In this document: piece by piece, positions 1 to 9,283 of the stretch
Position numbering within the stretch: the first letter of the stretch is position 1
Layout of the letters: the number at the start of each line of letters is the position of its first letter
Source: Catajapyx aquilonaris
Lineage: Eukaryota
DNA length: 20,000 bases
Assembly: GCA_000934665.2 (NCBI GenBank)
Contig: JYFJ02001660.1
Span: 53,622 to 73,621, forward strand
Direction: 5' to 3'
Notes under the pieces: generated by a model
Databases searched by the model: none
The model's input: the letters and a program-made list of their open reading frames with translations, nothing else
What the model was told of the DNA's origin: nothing
Translations under genes and position numbers: made by a program

Positions 1-133
1 TAATGAGATGGCCCGCCGATTTACCACCTAGTGCGATTCTTCACGCATAGATGGCGCACACTTCCTCCGCACACTCATGCCACCTGTGCGATAGATAGCG
101 ATACTATGAGGTCGGACAAACATCAGACGCAGA
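1..133. mobile_element. Second, partial copy of the 6400-6849 MITE (right arm), cut by the window edge
   Basis: 1-133 aligns without gaps to about 6699-6831, starting TAATGAGATGGCCCGCCGATTTACCACCTAGT. Confidence 0.85.
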
Positions 134-914
134 TTTTCTTACAAAAAATATTTTTTTAATTTGAAATTGTCCCATATTTTTAGACTTAAAATGATTAGAG
201 GCATGGCAAATTCAAGCCAGGGCCTGATGGGAAGGTAAATATTTGAGTGTCTGTGTACGTGTTAGTTGGGCCGGGTTCAAACTGGTGGAAAAGACCGGCG
301 GGTAAAAATGCGCGCGTCCCGTAATTGGCGGTGAGGTCATCGACGGCACCAGAGCAGCCCAAGAGTCCCACTTGATGTAGGTAGAAAATTCTCACCTATT
401 GGCACCTGTCCCAAAAGCTTCATTGTGCCGTGGGGGTGTGTGTGTGTGTGAACCTTTGCTTGCATCACTAAAGTCGCCCTTCGCCAATGTGTGTGTATAA
501 GGGTGGTAAAAAAGCCGGCTGAGGAGGAACTCCAGGAGAAGAAGAAGAAGAAGAAGAGGAAGAAAAAAGAAGAAGAGAAAAACGAAAAGAGACGGAAACC
601 CCAGCCAATAGAGCTGGTAGGCCTATTCTTGTCCTTCTCTTCCTGTGCTGCTCAGACAAGAATGGAGCTTTGGCCCTGAATCTTCACTTCCATGCTGCTT
701 GTCTAGCCTGCTTTTGTCAAGACAGGTAGCAAACAACAGGCTAGGGAGACATTGTTGGGGGAAAAAAAAAATCTGAATTCAATGTTGTCCAGGAGGAAAC
801 GACACTATTAGTGGTTTACTGTAGATGGGCTGTGCTAGATTTAGTAAGGATTGTGAAGAAATTATTCAGGGATTTTCAAAGTTTTTATGGGGGATTTACT
901 CGCTGAGAAATGTA

Positions 915-1480
915 GAGTGAAACCTGTTAAGTTGGACACCTTCATAAGCTGGACATTTTTTGCATTCTTCTGTTGAAACAAGTGCAGTACAATTTTCACA
1001 TTTACTCTGCATTTGTGGTTTCACTATGAAATCCAAGAGATTGAAATCTTAATGGTGGACACCTCCCTACGTTGGACATTGGAACCGTCAGTGTCCAACA
1101 TAGACAGGTTTTACACTATTTTATTATCTCCCACTATATCTACCAGTGAGATATAACCTATGAAATATGTGTATATTGGACACTGAAGGTTCCAAGGAAA
1201 ATGACCAACATAGGGAGGTGTCCAACATATGAGGATTTCAATCTCTCAGGTATCATAGTGCAAGCGAGAATATATGTAGAGTAAATGTGAAAATTGCATT
1301 GCACTTATCCAACAGAGAGGGAAATAAATATTAGATGTGTCCACTGTCCAACTTCCAAGATAGAGAGGTGTCCAACTTAGCAACATTATAGGGGATAGGC
1401 GTTGTGACTGTTCCAAAAATAATGTCCAACATAGGGAGGTGGCCAACTTATTAAGGTGTCCAACTGAACTGGATTCACTG
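915..1480. mobile_element. Tc1/mariner-pogo type MITE
   Basis: TA flanks (913-914, 1481-1482); imperfect TIRs GAGTGAAACCTGTTAAGTTGGACACCTT vs reverse complement CAGTGAATCCAGTTCAGTTGGACACCTT; many internal GTTGGACA/TGTCCAAC motifs; no transposase ORF. Confidence 0.85.
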
Positions 1481-3374
1481 TACATAATTTGTAATATGTA
1501 CAGTTAATTTGTCTAAAACATGGCATAGTGTTGATGTTTATGAACTACATTTTTTACTTAAGATCTATGATATCCGGATACAAACTTGTAAACTGGATTT
1601 ATGGAGTCGTTACCCTGCAGAATTCTGTGCCAGTGGTCCATTCAGGATTTTTGCCAATAATTAAGTGCGAATTCATTTATTTGGCACTAGCACTTTGTGT
1701 ATATCTCATCGGCCACCTGCCTCCCCGACCTCCATAGAACTTTGTAGGATGTAACGAATCGAGGACCCCCAGAACACCTGGCTTCAAAAGGCCCCGGAAG
1801 TTGGCGGTGTACCACCCTGTATTTGGGACACCATGTGTATACTACCATAGTACACACAAAAAAATGCTGTTGTTTTCTAACTCTGCCCTATACAACACCA
1901 GCAAAAATATAGGTAAAAATGCCATAACTCGAGCATTGCGTCACTGTATCTTGAGCTGCCAAGAGAATTGGACCAATGTTTAGACAACAACCTTGTACCG
2001 GAAATGAAAATAGGATAAGTCATTAAACCCTGAGGATGATGTACGAGTATTGTTTGCTACCCAAATGTTAATTAATTTTAGTGTCGTATTCGGTATTTAA
2101 TTTAAGTTGTGGTTTCTTCTCGATTTCTTCTGGTGTCCTGTGGGTTGCATCATGTTAGGATATACCGATTTTTTGGGGGGGATGGTTTGTGTCCAGTGGT
2201 GAACCCTTCCGGTGCAATACACGAACTCGAGGAAGCCTTCGTATTGTGTTCGAGGGGTGTTTGGTTGGTCCTTTGGGCGAAAGGCCAACTCGACGCCAAG
2301 GTTATCCGCACGCTCCGCACTGTCTGCAAGCACCGGGACCATTGCCAGCCCCCCACCAGGAGAGGGCGCGACTGATGAAGAAGTAGAAGAGGAAGAAGAA
2401 GAAGAAGACGAAGAAGTGGATGTGGGGTTGAGTCGGTGGTTATTTCTGTCCGGACGCGGCTCGCGGTCTGCATGGCCTCCCTCGGTACACACACCAAGAG
2501 AGAGACAGCACCAACAGGCAACAACAACTTCGATGCATTGCTGTCCTTTACCATGCTTCGTATGTGCAAAGGCCAATGGTTTCGCCTTGGAGGGCGGCTC
2601 AACATTTTCTATATACAATGGCGTGAGCATCCGAAAATAAAAACAGGGACTTTCAGCAATGGTGACATATTCTGTCACATCATATCAGAATTCGTCACAA
2701 TCCATGATCATAATTATACAGAATTCACAATCAGTGATTCAGAATCGATGGAAATGCTCCAAAAAAATTCCTTACCTTTAATGACTCTTATACGTAGGCA
2801 TTACGTCACTAACCTTAACACCTCCAGAAGAATTCCAACAATTGTTGATAACTGCAATCGACATTGTACATCTAAAGATAGAGAGCATGTTTAGCAGTGT
2901 CTAACCAGGAACCTAAGAGGATTGCCCTTGTTTCTTTTTCTTTTAAATTTTTTTCCCAGATTTCTTTTTTTCTTTTGGTACAAGTGAGCTGGACTTGGCG
3001 CGAACTCACACTGGCACACTCACACTACACCTGTTGGTTTCTTTATCCATCTGCTTGGTACCCGGTAGTGATGGCCACCGTGCTAGCAGCACGCGCTAGT
3101 TTAAAAAAAAATTTAAAAAAAAGTAGAAAAGAGGCCAACAATTACTAGGAATCAGGACCGCATCCAGGAAGGTGTGAACCACCCAATTTGCATATTTGCA
3201 CTCGAAATAGTTTCACCTAGACGTCCTTAAATACTATGGTGTTTGTTTAAAAATAGTTATTTAGCTGGTATAATATAAGCAGAATAGCAGTTGACTTACT
3301 GAACAATCAAATATTTTTTTAAAAAATAAAATGGTCGTTGAACTTTAACACTGATATTTTCAATTGATTTGCAG

Positions 3375-3531
3375 TGACTGCACCTGTTGTGAAGGTGTCT
3401 CAGAAAGCTGGCAAGAGACGACTTCGTTTGCGATGCAAAGTCGAGCGAGGTAACCCCTCACCGCTACTCTCCTGGTACAAAGATGGTGAGCAGCTCTTTC
3501 CAGGAGGGAGGTTGCGGATCCGTAATAAAAG
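3375..3531 (+). CDS. vn: vein-like exon, first half of Ig domain
   Basis: TTTGCAG acceptor; TAPVVKVSQKAGKRRLRLRCKVERGNPSPLLSWYKDGEQLFPGGRLRIRNK; donor AG|GTACTA. Confidence 0.9.
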
Positions 3532-6227
3532 GTACTATATTACTCCTTTTTGGTTTTTAATTTTTAAGCAAATAATTGAGGCAATTGTGAGAGCCCACCC
3601 CCTTCAGGTCATGTGAGGTAGGCGGGGCATGCGCACTGCTTCCCTGGCTTTGGCCAGGGGAGAGTCGAGTGAGTCTGGACGAGTCTGTACTAAGGTGGTG
3701 AGCTGGATAGGTCTAATAAACAAGTGTCTATGGAACCCAGGTGTTTTCTTGGTAGAGCTAGCACGGGGTAGGCCCCGGGGCGGACACACATTTTTAGTTA
3801 AATACTCTCATGGGGATGTGGACGAAATGTCTGTAGCTTCCGGTGTCTCAAGGTGTAACGTCCAAATTATTCTGGCATATACGAATTGAGCCAAATTGGC
3901 ATCGGTGTTACCTGGAGAGGTCTAGAACCTGAAGGCGGAAGAGATCATAAATCATTGCGATCTAACGAACATGGAACATATGCAAAAATAAACGGTTATG
4001 AAATCATCGAGGATAAACAATCTGTGACATGAACACTGGACGTCATTATTCCTACATGACGTCTTGTATGTCGACAGCGGTTGCCAAAATATCCCATGGA
4101 TCCGTTTGTCGTTTTGGAAGCTATGAAGAGGCTATCTCCACAGAAATGATTTGTTTTTAAAGATCAGTAAAATTTTGGTTATGCCAACCACACACGCTCC
4201 GGAACTGGTTTTTTAGCTCGGTTCTTCCAATAGTAAAAAAAAATCATGCACTTGCAACCAGAAGCTTGTAAACAGAATGATGATGTATGACTCCGAAATT
4301 TTTATTGGTACCTGCCAGAAGCGAAAGGGGGACCGCACGTGTGTATATGTCGCACTCAATTATTTTAAACGGATATTTTCTTACGCACCAATTTTTTGTG
4401 TACATGTAACGTGAACATGAGGTAACCTTAAAAAAAAAATTGCCAGGATATTACCCATTTCCGGGTTTAAACATACTTTTATAGTTTCTCCATGGTGCGA
4501 AAGTGTAATAGTGATTTTTGGTTACGTAATTTTCGGTCTGCACTTGCTTTCAATTTTTGAGTCATTTTGTCCTAATATTTCATGATTTTTAAATAGTTAT
4601 TTCAGTAAACTTATATTGGTTAAGTAGCAGCTACTTTTCGTACCCGTACAATACCTTACATCATGTTAGTGTTTCGTGTATCTGTACAGGTTGCGTTCCG
4701 TGCTGGTGATCCGGAGGTTACGTGTGACCGACAGTGGTCGCTACGAGTGTCGAGCTCTGGGTGCAGAAGGTCACCTGGCCAAGGACCACTTAGTCCTCCA
4801 CTTCCAGAGAGGTCATCTGACCACGCACATCACCCCTCCTACAACTGGTGAGCTGCAGTGTTTGCGCCATGGGGCCAATAGGTTAGAGGAAACTTCATGT
4901 GTGTTCTGTGATTCAGGAGAACAGATAAAACAGGATTCGAGTTCGAGTATACTTTTTTTTCCCTCAAATTCAAATTGGACAACAATGACATGGAATGTTG
5001 TCAGTATAATTTCCCGTTGCAAAGGAAGCGAAGAAAAATAATATCTAAATTTCTTACCTTATAAATTTCTTACCTTATAAATTTCTTACCTTATAAATTT
5101 CTTACCTTATAAATTTCCTACCTTAGAGAACAGAGTGAACCTGGAAAATCGGAAGTTGACTAGGAAGTTGATACCTGTCCACGGACACAGCCGTTCTATA
5201 AGACTTTTTTCGATGAGAAAATGGATGAAAGCGGACATTATATAGTATATTTTAAAAATACATTAAATCTGACCATATACCTGCTAGTTGCGCAAACACT
5301 TTTCTTAAACTTCTGCACGTGTCAGTAATTTAAGAACCAGATATGACCCTCAGTCGACCTTTTACCCATGACTTTGCCGGACTTAAAATATGGTTCCAAT
5401 GATATAGATGAAGGTTCGTTGTCCAAAGACCAAGATGGAAAGAGTGCGATAATTAGAAGAAAGAAAGAAAAAAAAATGGCGTCTACCGGGTCAAGTTTCT
5501 GGCGCTTGCACAACGCCACTAGTTTAGGGGACGGTTGTGGCCTCAAGGTTAAAACATTCAGTCTTGTCTCGTCTTACCCAGCTTGAAGGCGCCAACCTGT
5601 ATAAAAGACGTAAGTCACGGGGAAGTGTGTTGAACAACTGCGCAAGGGTAATCGGGAGCTGGGCCAAAAAACTCTTCGTCTTTGTCACGTCTCCTTAATC
5701 ATTCGTCGTGACACCTCAGAAGAAAATAAACACCTTCCTTCCAGCAGAAATTGACATCCACAGGGTGTCCCCCATGTGTTCAAAAAAGGGCGGCTAGTTG
5801 ATAGTTTGGCGAGTGAGCCACCCGAGGCGCTGCTGTTAAGCGCTACAGTTATCGTGACTTCTTATGAGCTCTCAAAAATGTATAAGTGGACAATTATTTT
5901 GCTGATTGTCACGATGATTTTGTGCCCTTTTCAGCAGAGTCACCAGATGATATGTGCCACCCTGAATTCTGCCAGAACGGCGGCACTTGTACGTATTACA
6001 GAGAGCTTGGCGAGTTGGCGTGTCAGTAAGTACACCATTGTTGCAGTTACAGATAATGTACGGACTTGCATCATTTTTTTAAAAAAATGCTATTTTCTCA
6101 CGTTAGATGCGCTGACGGGTACAGAGGTCATAGGTGCGATAACAAGGCCGTCGATGGAGGAAGTTCGTATGCAGCCTCCAAGACATGCTTGGTAGGCTAT
6201 CTTTCCTCCCCATTCCATCCCTGCTAA
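3375..6227 (+). CDS. vn: Vein/neuregulin-like EGFR ligand (Ig + EGF domains), 5'-partial
   Basis: Phase-consistent exons 3375-3531, 4690-4847, 5935(or 5938)-6025, 6107-6227 give Ig I-set (LRLRCKVERGNPSPLLSWYKDG...DSGRYECRA) then EGF [34 protein letters not shown] with an intron between Cys4 and Cys5, the established hallmark of EGFR/ErbB ligand genes; no TM segment before the stop, as in Vein. Confidence 0.88.
4690..4847 (+). CDS. vn: vein-like exon, second half of Ig domain
   Basis: LRSVLVIRRLRVTDSGRYECRALGAEG...TPPTT; donor G|GTGAGC. Confidence 0.9.
5046..5125. repeat. 16-bp tandem repeat x5 (TAAATTTCTTACCTTA)
   Basis: Four identical units plus one with a single substitution, no spacers. 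Confidence 0.95.
5935..6025 (+). CDS. vn: vein-like exon, EGF Cys1-Cys4
   Basis: [35 protein letters not shown] acceptor; donor GTAAGT. Confidence 0.9.
6107..6227 (+). CDS. vn: vein-like exon, EGF Cys5-Cys6 and C-terminus
   Basis: [39 protein letters not shown]; the 3' boundary may vary by isoform. Confidence 0.82.
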
Positions 6228-6399
6228 AAGTTGCTGCCCTGCTCGCCGCCGCTCACAACATGCAACAATATATCCACAATCTCGTTCTGTTCCGAGCCAC
6301 CAAGGATTCAAGACACTGCTCACCCATACCCAGCAACTCTGCACTGCGATTCTAGGTAAGTTACACACGCAATAAGTTGCCTCTCGATGTCTCATATTA

Positions 6400-6849
6400 C
6401 TCCTAATAGGCTTATTCTGTCTGGCGGATGTTTGTCCGAGTGTTTCGCACAGCTGGCAGGAGTGTGCATGCTCCATCTATGCGTGAAAAATAATACTACG
6501 TGGTAAATCAGCGGGACATCTCATTAAAGTTGTTTGATTGCCACTGTCATACTGATTTTGTCAAATTTTGGCAACGGGTTCACTAGTAAGACATACGACA
6601 CTTACAGAAGACTGTTCTAAAGGCAAGAGTAATCAGAAGTTGTAATTAACCCGTTGCCAACATTTATTGAGCAAAACATATAATCAGTGTAACAACTTTA
6701 ATGAGATGGCCCGCCGATTTACCACCTAGTACGATTCCTCACGCATAGATGGCGCACATTCCCTCTGCACACTCCTGCCACCTATGGGAGAGATCGCGAT
6801 ACTATCAGATCGGACAAACATCCGACGGAGAGGACAAGGCTATTAGGAG
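6400..6849. mobile_element. Foldback-like MITE with long imperfect inverted arms
   Basis: Ends CTCCTAATAG...CTATTAGGAG; arms about 6400-6580 and 6648-6849 are reverse complements (e.g. CATCTCATTAAAGTTGTT / AACAACTTTAATGAGATG; TTGGCAACGGGTT / AACCCGTTGCCAA). Confidence 0.85.
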
Positions 6850-6910
6850 AAAATCATAGCGTGTATGCTGAGTTGGTTGAACTAATTAGTTAAGTACTGT
6901 GTATTTGCAG

Positions 6911-7101
6911 ATTTGCGACGTCGCGACGGTGGATACCAACAATGGATACACGGGTGATTCCGACGGCACGACAGCCATAGCAATTGGTAAGTTTGTGCTC
7001 ATATTCTTCCTGATTCTTCCAACAATGGATGTTTCTTCTCTTCAGATGGCAGCCTCGAGTGTGTGAAGTTAACGGACAGACAGACCAGAAGAAGGTTTTA
7101 A
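6911..7101 (+). other. Candidate downstream exons of the vein-like gene (6911-6986 and 7046 onward); alternative C-terminus or 3' UTR
   Basis: Acceptor TATTTGCAG at 6910, donor TG|GTAAGT at 6986, 59-nt intron ending TTCTTCTCTTCAG at 7045; phase-0 frame open to TAA 7099-7101. Confidence 0.55.
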
Positions 7102-8843
7102 AATTTTTTGTTGGGGGTTCGGCGGGGGTGGGGCAACCTTTAATAATCTGTGAACGGTCAACCTTCAAAAGCTGCATACGGTAAGTCGCAATATTGTAAC
7201 ACGAGTCACATCGTAGGTCCTCTTTGAGTGGCAGGGGCGGTCGTAGGGTTAATTTGGCAACTGGCAAAAGTCCTTGTTTGAAAAAAAAGAAGGGGGGTTG
7301 GGATGGGGGGGGGGGTTTGTACCAAGCAAAAGTTTGCCGCCAAGCTGTCTGGACATGGTCCCAACAATACGAAACTTCCGCATTCTTAGCCGGGTGACTC
7401 GTCACTCTTGACCACGCCATTTATTTTGGCTGACATTTTTTGAACCCAATGGTTGCTGTCAACGCTTGCAGAATGAGATCCGTAAGGGGTACAAGTCACA
7501 ACACACTGACCTTTCCTCCACTCTGTACATGTGGAGAAATGTTGAAAAAATAATTCTGGCAACTTTGGTGTAAGAAAGTTGTGCATAGAGCTCAAGACGC
7601 TATTTATTGTTGAAAAAAAAAATTGGCAACTGCCCATCCCCGAGTGACGTCATTATGTCGATAGTAGGAGCAACGACCTGAGTATACGATAGACTGCTCC
7701 AACTCATAGGATAACCTAGCCTCACTGTTTAATAGTGTTATATCGTTCGACGAATATGTCACGGGGGCGAAATTGTCACGCCGGGGGCTGAAAGTCCGGG
7801 AGCGAAACGTCGTCGGGGGCGAAAAATCCGAGACCATTAATAAAATAGCACTCTTGGTATTTATGTGAATTGCAATTGTACGGATTTTTTTAAAATTTAA
7901 ATGCGCGCGCAGCATTTTACTAGCATCATGCGCGCGCATAGCCTATTAGATGCGCGCGCAACTTCTCACACAATTTTCTTTAATTTCACAGGTTCCCTCG
8001 TTGTCCTGAGGGATCTTCCGATGACGGGACGCAGTTGATGTCTTCTCCAAATAATAAAAAAAATAACTCAAAATTTTTTTTAAACGAAAAAAGAGGAGTC
8101 CAAAAAGACAGTGCCCCGGGACCAAGATGGTGTGCAGCGTACAGTTCCTGACGGTGGTATCTCCAAGTACATTTTTTTTTTTTTCGTAATGAAGTGACGG
8201 GTGAATGAACTGCACATATTTGCGCCACATGTTTTTTAAAAATCCTCAAAAAAAAAACTATGAGCTTTAGGCACCTACTGTATTTCTCTCGATACAAATC
8301 ACCTTCATTTTTTGAGTATTAACAACTTCTTCCTAGTTGAAATTCTGGGGCAAGAAAAAAATTATTGTGAGCTTCTAGTCAGCTTTGAACATCGCTATAA
8401 AAATGGAGTAGAGTTTTTTGCGAAGTATTATAGAGTGCAGTGGCGGCGTGCGATTTTTTTTTTGGGATAAACATTGTTAATATGATGTACATTAAGTCGA
8501 AATTTACAGGGCAGCAAGAACATCCTGGGCCGGCCCCGTGGATTTCGTATATATAACGAAAAAAAAAATCACCAAACCAAAAATTTGTAGCCCTGGTCAG
8601 TCTCTTTTTTTAAAAATATTAATTTTTAGTTTTGTACTTAAGCTTCCATCGTGCCGATTTTTTTCCCTCCAAAAACGTACGATCGACTGATGTTGATGAA
8701 AACATTTTAAAAAAATAACGAAAAAAAAAGACGAACGTGGAAGGAGTGTGAATCATTCCTTTCTCGACTTCATTTTTTTTTTTTTATGTAAATCTACTTA
8801 AAGACATACACACATTATACACAGCACATACACACACACTCTT

Positions 8844-9170
8844 GTCTTGACTAAGGCGTGGGGACGGACATTGATCACTTTTCACTGCGAGTGTAAACTG
8901 ATCTAACCTAACCTAACCTAACCTAACCTAACCTACCCTACCTAACCTACCCTACCCTAAGTAACCTAGGCTGAGAAAAATGGACTTTTGTGAAACCCTA
9001 CAAATGAAAATAGTGGGGACATGTCCCCACTAATTTACACATGTCCCCACTGTAATGGTACACTTCGCGTGTGTGAGACTGTGGGGACCGACAAATGTCC
9101 CCACAATTGGAACTGGTCCCCACAGCTACAGTAAAACCACAGACTTCCGTCCCCAGACCTTAGTCAAGAC
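8844..9170. mobile_element. Non-autonomous TIR element with GTGGGGAC subterminal repeats and internal (CCTAA)n, inserted in a CA-rich tract
   Basis: 25-bp TIRs at 8844-8868 and 9146-9170 match 23/25; GTGGGGAC/GTCCCCAC motifs in both orientations; CACACAC on both flanks. Confidence 0.8.
8903..8968 (-). repeat. (TTAGG)n arthropod-telomere-type pentamer tract, degenerating at one end
   Basis: CTAACCTAACCTAACC... on the + strand followed by CCTAC variants. Confidence 0.85.
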
Positions 9171-9249
9171 CTGATCACACACACACGAAACACATGTACA
9201 GCAAGAAAGAAAAGTAAGCCCAAAGGTTAGTGTAGAGCACAGTACAATA

Positions 9250-9283
9250 TTTATTTTTAATTATTATTTGTAACATATTTATT
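9250..9283 (-). terminator. Candidate IKK polyadenylation signals
   Basis: Two minus-strand AATAAA (9250-9255, 9278-9283) followed by T/GT-rich sequence; implies a 3' UTR of about 1.5 kb; another AATAAA lies at 10414-10419. Confidence 0.4.

Noticed and set aside
195..395. Minus-strand 66-aa ORF as an exon of a nested gene
   Set aside because: No recognisable homology and no phase-consistent upstream exon found
5046..5125. CRISPR-like array
   Set aside because: Head-to-tail 16-bp units with no spacers, in a spliceosomal intron, no cas genes
5776..6195. 139-aa ORF with signal-peptide-like stretch as the ligand CDS
   Set aside because: Wrong frame; the EGF cysteine pattern is in another frame and requires splicing
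6890..7420. 176-aa minus-strand ORF
   Set aside because: No motif, crosses homopolymer runs, splice signals here favour the + strand
8903..8968. True telomere or chromosome-fusion scar
   Set aside because: Only about 65 bp, single orientation, enclosed by TIRs
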